Below, one piece after another: positions 1-12,319 of a stretch of DNA of 43,597 bases (positions are counted from its first letter, which is position 1; each line of letters opens with the position of its first letter). Below the pieces are notes generated by a model, which saw only the letters and a list, made by a program, of their open reading frames with translations, made no database searches and was not told the origin of the DNA. Source of the stretch: Neoconidiobolus thromboides FSU 785 (Eukaryota; Fungi; Entomophthoromycota); contig MU626423.1 of assembly GCA_025603075.1 (NCBI GenBank), positions 1 to 43,597 on the forward strand, in the 5' to 3' direction. The translations under genes were made by a program, and so were the position numbers.

Positions 1-2
1 TA

Positions 3-458
3 TTGGACCCAGTAAACCCATTAAAAGAAGGAAGTAAACTAGGAAATATAGCAAAGGATTTAACAAAACAAGTGACTATTAAAGATAATCTATTTTTCCA
101 AATTAATAAGGATACTTTGATTACATTGGAAACTTCTTTAGTTCCTTATGCACCAGGTTCTTCCATTTCTCATTTAGACAAATCCAAATATTTAAATACA
201 GCTGATTCTTTAATGTGTTATAGAATGGAAGATAAGGATATTTATGAAGTTATGAAATCGATTGGGACCTGGAATACAGCTCCTTATGGACCAAATACAT
301 TAGCTATTTTAGAAGCTATGGGATATACATTAACCAAAAATCCATCTCAAGAGCATTCTTATAATATGTTATTTACTTCAAAGAATTCATCATCAATTAC
401 TAATAATAGTAATTTGCTTTTATTTTTTATTATGTTAATTTTGAGTTTAATAAATTAA
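3..458 (+). CDS. 3' part of a probable secreted/GPI-anchored protein of unknown function (5' end outside window)
   Basis: Open frame from window start to TAA at 456-458; ends in Ser/Asn-rich stretch plus hydrophobic tail (NSSSITNNSNLLLFFIMLILSLIN) typical of GPI signals. Confidence 0.6.
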   Translation: MDPVNPLKEGSKLGNIAKDLTKQVTIKDNLFFQINKDTLITLETSLVPYAPGSSISHLDKSKYLNTADSLMCYRMEDKDIYEVMKSIGTWNTAPYGPNTLAILEAMGYTLTKNPSQEHSYNMLFTSKNSSSITNNSNLLLFFIMLILSLIN

Positions 459-969
459 TCAATCTGAATCAGTTTCTTTTCTTTTCTTTTAACAAAGTAC
501 TTTTAAAATCGGCCTTGTCTCATTTCTTTTTCACCTTTCCACCAGTACTTATTGTTCTACCTAATTTGTAGGATTATTTTTGTTTTTCTTTTGGCTACAA
601 TAAAATATCCTATTAGAATATAATGTGTTTGGTGTTCTCCTAGGTTGTCTTATCCCATATAAAACTACTCTTTAATAACAAAAACTTAACTCTAACTTTC
701 TTTTTCTTAATATGTCACATTCTCATTTTCGCTTAGCTTTACTCCTTCTTACTTTACAAGGCGGATATCCTTGGTTCTTTCAGCACCTTTTGATTTCCTT
801 TTTTCTTAGAAAATTCAATCAGCTAACAATGGCAAAAATTCTACTTTTTATGAGATGTTTTTTGATTTGACATTTCTATAATTTTTAACCTCTGAAGTTT
901 CTTAAAAAAAATAAATTCAAAGAATAAAGACTTTGAATTAATAAGGTATTTATTTTTTATAAATGAGGT

Positions 970-2954
970 TTATTGAAACAAATTATCTATACCTACCAAT
1001 TCACAAAATCCTTTTGTTTGAGAATTTGGATACCAATTTACAACTTTTGGTAAATTTTCAATAGTCTCTAAAGAAGTAGGAGCTTCCGTTTTAAAATTTA
1101 ATGGAATAGGGATCCCCAAACAATCTTTATTTAACTTATTTCTTTCTATAATTTCTTGTTGACATTGTTTTATTTTACTATTAACAATTTTTTTAATTAT
1201 AAAGTCATAGTTTAGTTCAGTATAAAATGATTACCTTTGCATACCCTCAAAATCCTGTATTTGTTTATTTATATCGTAATTATAATCTAAATTTAATAAA
1301 GGATGTAATGCTTTTGTTATAGCTAACCAATTGATGTCATAACATAATCTGCCTTTTGGTAATAAATTATATAATTCTTCATTTACTATTGGAATATCTA
1401 TAATCTAATAAGATTATATTAATTTTTTATCGCTATTATTAAAGTGTTATCATTATTACTTCAAGATATTTTCTAGCTTTCCCACCTTTGACTTGGCCAC
1501 ATTTATCTAATGATAAAAATTCTGTTGTTAATGTTGGTTCTTCTTCAAATGGTCTTTTTATGCTTCCATTTGCTAACTTGAAGTTAATACAAAATACAAA
1601 ATAAATGAGATGATATTTACCATTATCTACTATCGTTTCCTCATTGTTAATTTTTTCTTGACTTAGATTGTTTGAGTCATCTATAAACAATATAAAATAC
1701 AATAAGACGTCAAGAAACTAATTTTACCGCTGTTTTTTTGTTCTTTTTCCCCTTTAATATTTATCTTACTTTCTATACTAATTTCATTATCATTACCCAA
1801 ATTAATTTCCAATTCATCTGGATTAATTTCAATTTCATCCGAATTTATCTTAATTTCATCTAAATTAATCTCATCGTCTTCTAAACATTAAAGAATAAAA
1901 AAAATTATAAAAAATAATAATACAACTTTAATTATATTACCAATTCTCTGGTTCCTTTTATTTTGCTGTTCACCGTCATACTGACTGTTTTGGTGATAAA
2001 CTATTGCTTTAAACTTCACATGAAGATGAGCAGAAAACCAATATTGAGGTTTTAAATGATGTAGTAGATACTCACTTGCTGGGCTGCCCAATTGATTTTG
2101 GAATATCTTTTTACAAAAACATCAATATTTAATATTCATTATAATTATTAATATAATAGCTTACATCTTGCTTGAAAAAAGGTTTCAATTTACATAATAA
2201 TTGATGATTCCCATATTTTTCAATATTGTTTGGCCAATCATGGGATAACATAATATCTGGTCTTTGATTTAAAAATGATAGTTTGGTTACTTCATACTCT
2301 CTTGTATGATAAACGCTCCTTAAACTTGTAGGGTTGTATGGTGGTCTTTCATAATGTCCTTAGTATTGTAATGGCTTTATTTAATTTTCATGATAAAGAA
2401 TAGTTGGTTAAAAATATACCTTTGAAATAATCCCCTTCTTTATAAATCCCTGATAAACCTGATATCCTTAGTCCATTAAAAACAACACTTCCTGCTTTGC
2501 CTAAATAATAGATATTTTTGGCTACCCAGCCACCATAGAATCTAACAGCTTCCATCAATCAATCGTTTTCAAAAAAATAATAATTTATTTGTAACTTACA
2601 ATTCGGACAAATAATTCGAAGCTTCATGATTTCCTCCAATAAAGATGGTTAAATACTTTGCCTCTTTAGTACCATTATAATACTCATGAAAGTCATTCAT
2701 TTGTAAATATTTTTTTGGCACTGATAAACAGGATAAATCATTCGAATTCCTAATTGCCTGAAAATCACCACCGATAAGTACTAAATCTGCTCCGCCTCGT
2801 CTTTCCACCTCGGAATAAATTTTGTTCAATTCTCCATGACAACAACCTTCAATCGCTACCTTTAAATAGAAATTTTAGTTCAGGGTTAGTATGTTGGTTA
2901 TATGGGATGGTGAGTTACTTTAACTTGATTTTGAGTGACTATTGGGATCGACAT
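970..2954 (-). CDS. DBR1: Lariat debranching enzyme (metallophosphoesterase), multi-exon
   Basis: Spliced reading gives [12 protein letters not shown]|[58 protein letters not shown] and C-terminal [18 protein letters not shown]; first intron GTAACT..TACTAAC..AAAG; ATG 2952-2954, stop 970-972. Confidence 0.93.
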
Positions 2955-3240
2955 CTTTGGGGTTTTGTCGCAGCCGATGTTATTTGATTTTTTACAGAAA
3001 TTGAATCGAGTTTGATTCTGATGTCTATTGTGCTAAATTTGCTTCTCTTTTTGAAACTTTAGACTTTTGTTGATTGAAGTCAATGTCTAAAAAAAGGATA
3101 AATGGGTATAAGAGTCTAAATATAAGTTCAGATTTGTTGAACCAATAGTGTTCCCTCAATATATTTTTAATCTACTTAGAAAATTAAAATAATAAAATTA
3201 GCAAAGAAATTCTTTCAATTTTTAACAGATTATATATTTC

Positions 3241-4260
3241 ATGATAGTATTAAAATTTGACCAATTATCAGATCTCATGCTAAAGGAAACATTCAAATTC
3301 TTATATTCAGAAGAATTGATTGATTTATGCTTTTCAAGTAAGCATTTGTTTACTATTGAGAGTAGTTAAACAATTCAGCTTGTTCAATATATAATCGAAA
3401 GAGGACCGAAAAATATTGAAGATACTAGAATAAACTCATTAAAGGAAATAGGGAATTGATGAAGTATGTAAACATAACTATTGAAGATATTGAATACTTA
3501 AACTAATGTCCAAATCTAAAGTCTATCATTTATGAAATATTATTTCACAGTAACAAGATTAAATTATATATCGAATTACAAAATTTAAAAAACTTAGTCT
3601 GGATGCTAATGACAACGCGCAATTATTAGACTTATTTGATGAATGTTTAGATAAACTTAGGACATTTGAATATAGGAAAACTAATACTTCAATCGAAGAA
3701 TATATTAAATGTTTGAATCTAGATAAATCAAAACCGCTTTAGTTAAACATCTGGAGATCTGGATCTCAATGGGCTAGACCAAATTAAAACAAGTTTCAAT
3801 AAGCTGAAAGTATTGGTTGAATTTAGATTAACCAGATTATATAATTAATAAAATTAATCCAAATATAAATTTTAACTCTAATTTAGAGCTGTCAGTTAAA
3901 GATAATTTTTATGATTTTGATATAAAGTGTTTAGGAGACTTGAAGCAGCTTAATAGTTTAAAACCAATAGATAGCATTAGGTTTAATTTATCTACTAATA
4001 ATGACTATAATGAGATAGGACTAATCGAAGAGACCAACATAGTTACTTTAGATAGCTTTAACCCAAAAAATAATATCAGTTATAGCTTCTTTAAATACTA
4101 GCTTCAAAAGAAGCTTATTATCTAGCAACTGACATTAAGATCAAAAGAGTCATTACTTTAATTACAAATATTCAAATTGTTCATTTTTCTCATATCACTT
4201 GTGATAAGCAACTATTTAATAATGTTGAGTTTAATAATCTTTTTTAGAACCAAGAGTATA
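3241..4260 (+). pseudogene. F-box/LRR-like pseudogene, copy A
   Basis: ATG at 3241 gives MIVLKFDQLSDLMLKETFKFLYSEELIDLCFSSK (F-box-like), then stop/frameshift-broken LRR-like segments (CPNLKSI, GDLDLNGL, LKQLNSLK); 3' end approximate. Confidence 0.6.
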
Positions 4261-5484
4261 ATTTAGTTAAGTTTAGTTCTGTAAATTAAATTCAAGTTCA
4301 GAACTATATTATTACAATATAAGAATTTGTTTATTTTATATCTTTATTCTCAAACCTTGGAATTGTTAAAAGTAATTATTTTTAGTTAAAAAACAAAATA
4401 TTGAATTTTATTAAGCATACTCTTATTATTCATTTATTACTTATAACACGTTTTCATAAATATAATAAAGATGCTTATAACTAATTATTAAATTATATCC
4501 CATCGTTGCTTTAAGTAAAATTGTAATGCACTAGCTTTTAATAATAAATGGCTATCTCTTACTAAGAATAAACTAGCCTTCAATAAAAATCAAATTTTAA
4601 TATTCCGACTACTTTTAAATGTAAATGACATTAATATGTCTAAAATTATGCTTTGTAATAATTACTTTAAATGAATTCCAAATAGTTCAAATCCTTTTTC
4701 TGATAATATACATTTCTAGGCGAAAAATTTAAATGAGGTTTTTTATTGTTTTTAAGTTGAGTGATATAATAAAATCTTACATAAGATAACGATATTTTTT
4801 TAGTTTTAATCAAATTATTACAAGGAAATATTCAAACACTATCTGGTCAGAGTCTAATGAAAATAAGCATAAAGCAAGAAATAGAGATTCAAAAGCAAAA
4901 ATAGGTGTATTCAACCAATAACCTTCACTTATATAACGTTTTTACATGTGGATATCTAAGTTTCAATTTTCAATTTTTGCCAAAAAGGCATTCCCATATC
5001 AATTTTGCACAAATTTTTTATTAGAAACACATATAGTAAATTATATCATTTTTATTTTTAAGTTTTATTTTATAATAAAATGGTGTTGAAACTTAACTGA
5101 ATGTCCGATCTCTTATTAGAGGAGATATTTAAGCTCGTGTATCCAGGAGAACCAATTGATTCGTGTTTTCTAAGAGTTGTTTTCTATTGGAAGTAGAGTT
5201 GCTAAATATAACGCAACTTATTCATAATATGATCAACATTGGACTGATAGGCATTGAATGTACCAGAAGAAATTCATTAGAGAGAATGAAGAATCAATGA
5301 AACACATAGATATAATACGTAAAGATACTCAGTGTTTAAATTAATGACTAAATCTAAGATCTATCAATTAAAAAACCCAAATTATAGTAATAATAATGTT
5401 AACGACGATACTACTGGTAGTATTAATAACATTAGTGATGATATCAATTAAATATCCAAATGTCAAAGTATAAAGATTTCATAT

Positions 5485-5583
5485 GGGGATATATTTTTGT
5501 GTTTAAGAATTTTGTTAGCAAATTTTCCGCTTAGATAGCGCTTAAAAAATGGAAGAAATAATGAAGTTAAAAAAGACACTCCC
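5485..5583 (+). mobile_element. MITE copy 1
   Basis: GGGGATATATTTTTG...AAAAAGACACTCCC flanked by ATAT/ATAT; core TTTTCCGCTTAGATAGCGCTTAAAA. Confidence 0.9.
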
Positions 5584-5829
5584 ATATAGAAGATTTTGAT
5601 GATAGACAGACACTAAATTATTTAAAGAGGATATTTAAATAAACTCAGATCATTTGAATATGTTATAATAAATAACTTAATCAAACAATATGTCGAATAT
5701 TTAAATCCAAATATATTAAAGTCGTTAAAGTTGGATATAAATGGCGATTTAGATCTTGATGGATTAAGCACAACCAAGACAAAACTTAATAAGTCTAATC
5801 AAATTAATTACCTATAGATTTAAATGTAT

Positions 5830-5925
5830 GTGAGTGTTTTTGATTTCATTATTTTTTCTATTTTCTAAGCGCTATTTGAGTGGAAAATTTATTAGTAAAG
5901 TTCTTAAACACAAAAATACATCCCC
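5830..5925 (-). mobile_element. MITE copy 2
   Basis: Reverse-orientation copy ending AAAAATACATCCCC+ATAT; left flank GTAT. Confidence 0.88.
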
Positions 5926-6675
5926 ATATGATGTTTGACGAAACTAAGTCAAATATAAACTTTACTCATAATAAACTTAATGTTTTAACATTTCCAATAA
6001 TTTTGGTTTTAAGTATTTTGGAAATTCAAAGCAGCTGATGAGTTTAAAGTTAATGGGTACTATTTAATCATTTTAAACCGAAGGGACCAGTTTGTTTATG
6101 AGCAACTTGAAAATGAAGGGGCTCATTTTTAAAAACCGCCCCATTAGGATAGTTTTTAGGGATGTTGTGTTATATAAACTTGTACAGTGTAAATATATTA
6201 TTTTAGTGTTATGTATATATTAATACACAAAAACTAATCTGGTATTATTTTTTATAAACTTTTATTATCAAAATAATTAATGCTATACTATTTAGTATAG
6301 GTTGTGTTTTGATTTTTTTCAAAATTTTAAATAAGCAAGTGATCCATTATAACTCAAATAGTGCATATAGCTCATTTTAAAGGTAACTAGGTTTCAACAT
6401 ATTTTGAGATTATAATATTAAATGTAGTACAAGGTTTAATCTCTTCAATAAGTTTTGTTTCATACTATTTGATGTATTGTCCATTGAGTAGTAGCAAATT
6501 TACTTAAGTATTAAGCAAAAAATAAAGTTTGTTTTGATACATTTTATAAAATGTTTTTAATAAGTTTAGTTCTTTAGTTTTAAAAAAATTAAGTCATTAA
6601 AATATGACTAGGTTTATAACTCAATGAATAATCTATCCAACTGATATAAATTAAAGTTTATTAAAAATATCAAAT

Positions 6676-6773
6676 GGGGCTGTTTTTTTTGGTTTCATAA
6701 CTTTTTCCATTTTTTAAGCACTATTTAAGTAGAAAAATTGTCAGTAAAATTACTAAGCAAAAAATACATCCCC
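6676..6773 (-). mobile_element. MITE copy 3
   Basis: GGGGCTG...CATCCCC flanked by AAAT/AAAT. Confidence 0.9.
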
Positions 6774-7056
6774 AAATCTTAAACTATATTTAGTGTTATG
6801 TATGACTTTGGAGTGTGGATAGCCCTAGTTGCTTTGATAAAATTTGAACGTTTCCAAAAAATATGTATTAATGCTTTTAAATGGGAGCTAGATTTTCAAT
6901 GCATTATACTGTATTGATATAAAATGTAGACTGAAGCTTGAAGTTTTTGATGATTTTTATCTGATATTATTTACTGTATTATCCATTGAGTTACAATAAA
7001 TTTAGTTTTAGTGTAATGTAACATATTTTGATAGGAAAAGCTACTAAAAAACATCA

Positions 7057-7155
7057 GGGGATGCTTTTTTTGGCTTCATCACTTTTTCTATTTTTTAAGC
7101 GCTATTTGAGTGGAAAAATTATCAGTAAAATTCTTAAACACAAAAATACATCCCC
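7057..7155 (-). mobile_element. MITE copy 4
   Basis: GGGGATG...CATCCCC flanked by ATCA/ATCA. Confidence 0.92.
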
Positions 7156-7254
7156 ATCACTATAATAATTTTTGTATACTAATATATACATTTGTTATTA
7201 AAACAGGATATTCACATTGTAAAATTTTAGATAATATAATATTTTTTTATATCA

Positions 7255-7700
7255 ATCCTTTTAGTCAAATCGGACCGGATGGACTGAGTTCAAATGGTAC
7301 TTGTTAATAAAGTGCATTAATTCAATTAACTATTAATAATAACTATGGCAAATTGGAATTAATTAAAGACACTAGTATCGTTACCTTAGGTAGGATTAAT
7401 CCAATAAATAAGATTAGTTGTAATTTTTTAAAAGCATCAACTCTAAAAGAAGTTAGCTTAATATATATGTCTATAAATTTAATAAATCAAAGTTCATTGT
7501 CATCTAGTATCCAAAGTATTTACATTGCTAATACACAATGTTGCGATGCATTTTTTGGTCACATAACTTTTAACAAATCTAATTTTCGTAAAAGAGGATA
7601 TGATTTAACTAGATATACGTATATCAAATAGATTCGAATTCAGTGCTGTAAGTTGATAACTACAGAATTTGTTTACTTATCTCCTTCTTCTTGAATCTTG
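7255..7700 (+). pseudogene. LRR-region remnant paralogous to F-box/LRR copies A and B
   Basis: IGPDGLSS and LTINNNYGKLELIKDTSIVTLGRINPINKIS align with copy A LSTNNDYNEIGLIEETNIVTLDSFNPKNNIS; ORF 7353-7631 is a fragment of it; boundaries approximate. Confidence 0.55.
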
Positions 7701-8042
7701 AAGTCATTAAAGCTTTACACTTAGCATCAAAAAAACAGCATCTAGGATTATGTCTTGAGCGTATAATCACTACCCTTTTAATATATATCTTACATTTAAT
7801 ATGTTATAACAAAGATCTCCTAAATGAATTATTAAAGTATATTCTATCATTGGTTTGGATAAGATTCTAGTAAATTGGTTTTTAATAATAAGGAACTTTT
7901 ACTGTTCTATATTTTATAATATTATATACTATTTTATATATAAGTATTATTAGCCGTAATGATCTTATGCTTTAAAACGATGACTTTAGGATAGCTATCT
8001 AATTTCATAATAGTTCAAATTCATCATTCTAATTATACATAT

Positions 8043-8141
8043 GGGGATGTATTTTTGTGTTTAAGAATTTTACTAACAAATTTTCCGCTTAAATAGCGCT
8101 TAAAAGGTGGAAAAAGTAATGAAATCAAAAAAATCATCCCC
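8043..8141 (+). mobile_element. MITE copy 5 (first unit of tandem dimer)
   Basis: ATAT-GGGGATGTATTTTTG...CAAAAAAATCATCCCC-ATAT. Confidence 0.93.
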
Positions 8142-8145
8142 ATAT

Positions 8146-8242
8146 GTAGATGTATTTTTGTTTAGGAATTTCACTGACAATTTTTCCGCTCAAATAGCAC
8201 TTGAAAAGTGAAAAAAGCGATGAGGCCAAAAAAAACATCCTT
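8146..8242 (+). mobile_element. MITE copy 6 (second unit of tandem dimer)
   Basis: Starts right after the shared ATAT (8142-8145), GTAGATGTATTTTTG...CATCCTT, followed by ATAT. Confidence 0.88.
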
Positions 8243-9203
8243 ATATGTAGCTCAAATCCATTTTATAATAAATGAATATTTCTTATAACTTAAGGCATTT
8301 TTACATAAGTTTTGATTGAATATTCTATTTGTTCTTTTCGATAATTTTCTTGAAATTTTTTTCAAATAAAGAGTTATACTAAGCTATCTTTTTCTTAACC
8401 CAGCACTTCTATCAGCTCTAGAAAAAAGCGTCAAAACACCTACCAATCCCCTTAGATTGAAATCTCATATCTATTCGTCATCCTGTGATGTTTATACTTC
8501 AAACATCATTGATTCATTTAAACCTTGTTTGTTTAATAGCTGTATTCCTTGCTTGATGTAAGAAGAAAACCTCGGTCATTATTTCCTGTACTTCTCTTTT
8601 TTCAGAGCAATATAGTTTGGTTATTGGCACTGTTTTTTTCTTACCCTCAATATCTGGATCTTTTCGCTAGTTTATATTCCTTTGTCCGCCACTCTAAAGC
8701 ATAATTATCTTTTTCTACTATACAATAATAGGATTTGTCTATTTATTAATCAAATTTCCTCATATAAATACACGTTGTTTTTAAAAATTGAGTACAATTA
8801 AAAAACATAATAAAAGATTTTTTGAAAAAAGAAATAAAAATAAACTAAATGACCTACATAATTTAGGCTGATCTATCAATATTTTTATGTTTTTTTTGTA
8901 TTTTTAATATAATAAAAGGTAATTATTAATATTGAAACAATTGTATATAAAAAATTCCTCAAGTTTTTCTCAAAAATTCAAAATCACACAACTTATATTA
9001 AAAGCTTTATAGTTGAAAAATTTAGCACGAAAAACACAATAAAAAGCAAAATATGATAGTCTAATCTTATACACATAGCAGATAAACAAAACTAAGTATT
9101 TTAGCAACTAAAAAAATATTTGTTAAACTTAACAGTCAAAAAATTACCCAAAAATTAGCTTTTTTTTAAATCGTATAACTTTTTAGAAAAAATACTACTA
9201 CTT

Positions 9204-9298
9204 GGAGATGTGTTTTTTGGTTCATTACTTTTTCCATCTTTTAAGTACTATTTGAGCAGAAAAATTGTCAGTGAAATTCTTGAACAAAATACATCTCC
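9204..9298 (-). mobile_element. MITE copy 7
   Basis: GGAGATG...CATCTCC; flanks ACTT/ATTT (one mismatch). Confidence 0.88.
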
Positions 9299-9476
9299 AT
9301 TTAATGCTTCTATTTGAAGAGCTTTTTAAAGTTTTTTTAGATAAAGCTGCTATAGTATGAATTTGTATGCTGATTTGTTATTTTGAAGTTAAACATTTAT
9401 TACCATATAATACAAGGTTTTAACCTTTCAATTTTTTTTATTTAAAAAACTGTTAAAAATAGATAAAAATATATAT

Positions 9477-9575
9477 GGGGATATGTTTTTGTGTTTAAGA
9501 ATTTTATTAACAATTTTTCCGCTTAAATAGCGCTTAATAAATGGAAAAAATAATGAAGTTAAAAAAAACACTCCC
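9477..9575 (+). mobile_element. MITE copy 8
   Basis: GGGGATATG...CACTCCC flanked by ATAT/ATAT. Confidence 0.92.
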
Positions 9576-10697
9576 ATATTAACTCTAAATCAAGTTTTAA
9601 AAATGAACCTTTGGAATTTTTTAAAAAAAAATACAGTATATTACTATACACTATCTGCTATTTTTACTACCACATTCTCTTTTAGCTTTGTTTCCTTTTT
9701 TTTTAAAAATTTCAACTGTCCTTAAAAAGCAGAAATACCCTGTATCACATTAAGTTCAAGTCTATATATGCCATTCACCACTTTTTAGGTGAAAAAAACC
9801 AGAATTAAAGAATATTTTTATTTTTATCTTACTGGTATATATAACTTACGGCATGTAGGTCGAACAACTAATTCACTTTTAGATACCACCTTGGAAAAAT
9901 ATCTGGGCATTCTAAGGACGATAGGTTAGAAGGGGTCTATTGGAAAAGCTTATCTATATTAGAACTCATTAATTATAGCAAGAGTGAATGCTTAGAAATT
10001 AATATATGGAAGGTGGCAGTTATTTTGAGCATATACTCAAAGCTTTTATGCATGTAAGAGACTAAGGCAAGGGGGTTCTAGTTTATTTTGAAAAAAATAA
10101 ATATAAAAATTTAAATCGCTTTGAAGCTTGAATACAAAGTGATGGTGTTTTATAGTGGCCATGATGCAGTTGTAGAAAAAAACCTCAGTGAGAAAATGCA
10201 AAAATCTCAACAACACAAATAATTTAAATGTCAAAATTCAGTGACTATTGGTCTTTATTTTCCATATCTAAAAATGATTAGATCCGTTCCATTTGACATT
10301 AGAAAAAATAGGTTTCGACATTAATTTTGAGCATACCATTCCTAATCCTTTATTGCTCTCTACGGTTCTAATACCCTATATTTAAAGTCCTTTTAGGGAA
10401 CTATTGAAATATGTCCTATTGTTGAATTGGATAGAGTTATATTAATCCGGCCTTTAACTCTAATAAATTGCCCAATAATAATCTAACTTTAGTATTTTAA
10501 TATTCATAATGTTTTAGCTTCTTTTGTAATATTATTGATAGTTTAAAACTGCAATTCAAAGCATTCATATTGGCAACATCGTTTAATTTTATAATACTTC
10601 AAATTTGTTATTCAGATAACATTCAAACTTTAAAAATAAATTTAAAAAATTATTTTTATTTTACAACCAAGAAATAAGAAAAGCCCAATTAAAAAAT

Positions 10698-11855
10698 TTA
10701 AACTTCAAACCCTAAACCCGCTTTACAAGCATCACGTCCCATATCTTTTAATAAATAGGTAGAACTGGTATTAGGCAGAGTAGTTTCAGTAAGAATACCC
10801 TCTTCAGCGAAAGCTAAGATCTTACCTGGGCCCAATAAAAGATAAAGGTGTTGAAAGAACTTTGGATATTCTTCTAATTTATCATCGTTTTTAACTACCA
10901 ATTGATGGATACTTCTAGCGGCATACATACCTTGATACATAGCACCACCTGCTAATTTGATTTCTTGGAAATTATTTACATCTCCAATAGCATAAATGTG
11001 AGAGTATTTTGGGGACTCTAATTGTAAGGTGGGGCGAATCTTAACCAATTTCTTTTCATCTAATACGTTATCAAGTTGTAATAGCTCGCTATTTGGGGCA
11101 CCAAAACCAGTACATTCAATCACCATATCACATTCAATAGTATTATTTTGACTAGTAGTCAATTTGTATCTTATTTTACCCTCCTCAATAATCTCTTCTT
11201 TGTTTAACAATCTTTGTTTAAACAATAAATTAACTTTAAACTCCTCTAAAACCTGTACTACTTTGTTACGAAACTCATCAGTAAAAGGACCAGGGATTGG
11301 TAATTCTCTGGAATGAAGTAAACTTACTTTCTTATCCTTGAAGTGGCAAGCTATATCACATGCCATTTCTACTCCTACTGCTCCACCACCGACTACTACG
11401 ATATCTTTGGCCTGTTCGATTTTTTTAGCGTAATCAAGTAGCTCTTCTTTAAGCTCAGAGTGAGTACTTGCAGCTGGCCAAATAGGTGGGCCTCTCAAAT
11501 AACCTGTAGCTAAGATTAAGTAATCAAAAGGATCCTGTTGACCATCTTCAGTAATCAAATGATTTTTGAAGATTTGGGTCACTTTTTTGTAAATAAATTC
11601 AACCTTCCCATCTTTGTAATAGGGTAACTCAATGTGTGGGGTATATAATGTTGGACCTAATTTGTCACCGGTCAAACCACGTGTCATACCTATGAGATGT
11701 ACAAATCCTTGACGTTTATCATATAATCGGATTTCAACGGGCGCTTCTGGATGCTCACTTTTGTTAGGGTAAAAGAAATTTACTAAATTGTATGCAGCAC
11801 CTAATCCTCCATAATTCCCACCTACAATTGCAATTCGAGTTATTCCTTTTGTCAT
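10698..11855 (-). CDS. AIF/AMID (FSP1-like) FAD/NAD(P)H-dependent oxidoreductase, intronless
   Basis: 385 aa; two Rossmann motifs IAIVGGNYGGL and VVVGGGAVGVE, LILATG and YAIGD motifs of the Pyr_redox_2 family. Confidence 0.88.
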   Translation of the reverse strand: MTKGITRIAIVGGNYGGLGAAYNLVNFFYPNKSEHPEAPVEIRLYDKRQGFVHLIGMTRGLTGDKLGPTLYTPHIELPYYKDGKVEFIYKKVTQIFKNHLITEDGQQDPFDYLILATGYLRGPPIWPAASTHSELKEELLDYAKKIEQAKDIVVVGGGAVGVEMACDIACHFKDKKVSLLHSRELPIPGPFTDEFRNKVVQVLEEFKVNLLFKQRLLNKEEIIEEGKIRYKLTTSQNNTIECDMVIECTGFGAPNSELLQLDNVLDEKKLVKIRPTLQLESPKYSHIYAIGDVNNFQEIKLAGGAMYQGMYAARSIHQLVVKNDDKLEEYPKFFQHLYLLLGPGKILAFAEEGILTETTLPNTSSTYLLKDMGRDACKAGLGFEV

Positions 11856-12319
11856 GTTAATAAAAGTTGAGACTAAAAATTATAAAAAAATTATTTTATA
11901 GTGGATTTTATCTGATGAGTCGGATTTAATATTTATTCTCTGGGATTTTGCTGTGGTTCCAATCAGATTCTTCTAAATTGAAATTCTAAATTTTATCTGA
12001 TTTAATGATAATCCGGATACTAGTTTGTTCATGTAATGCTTTATTAAGGAATTTATAGGATTTTCGAGAGTAAGAATAATTTAAAATTTAAACCCTATTG
12101 CTAAAATCAACGATTTGTTATTTTATAAAATACTCAACAAAACTTTAGTAAACGTCTCTAGTATCTATTGATCAGGGTCATTGTTTTGATATTTTTATGG
12201 ATTTAATAGTAAACTAGTACTATTTTAACATTAAAATAAATAAACTATGGTACTAGTAAATGGCAGGATGATTTATTTACTTAAATATATATATAATCTA
12301 TTGCTATAAACCTTTTTGT

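Larger units (their letters stand above)
5080..6060 (+). pseudogene. F-box/LRR-like pseudogene, copy B, interrupted by two MITEs
   Basis: ATG at 5080 gives MVLKLN*MSDLLLEEIFKLVYPGEPIDSCFL, colinear with copy A; GDLDLDGL and SKQLMSLK segments match copy A across MITE copies 1 and 2; 3' end approximate. Confidence 0.6.

Noticed and set aside
504-561. Histone H3 tail-like peptide GRTISTGGKVKK on the minus strand
   Set aside because: Very short, embedded among stop codons, with no histone fold.
5485-5925. Composite transposon formed by convergent MITE pairs (copies 1/2 and 11/12)
   Set aside because: Each copy has its own TSD, the enclosed sequences are unrelated, and the F-box pseudogene continues colinearly outside the pair.
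7110-7307. Short ORFs overlapping MITEs (7110-7307, 15206-15397, 27630-27845)
   Set aside because: They are translations of the repeat and its flanks, not genes.
5485-9575. CRISPR-like or tandem array reading of the ~97-bp repeats
   Set aside because: Copies are dispersed, in both orientations, with TIRs and TSDs and irregular spacing; the context is eukaryotic with no cas genes.
9700-10500. Possible retroelement remnant including ORF 10046-10234
   Set aside because: No RT, RNase H, integrase or LTR motif could be read with confidence.
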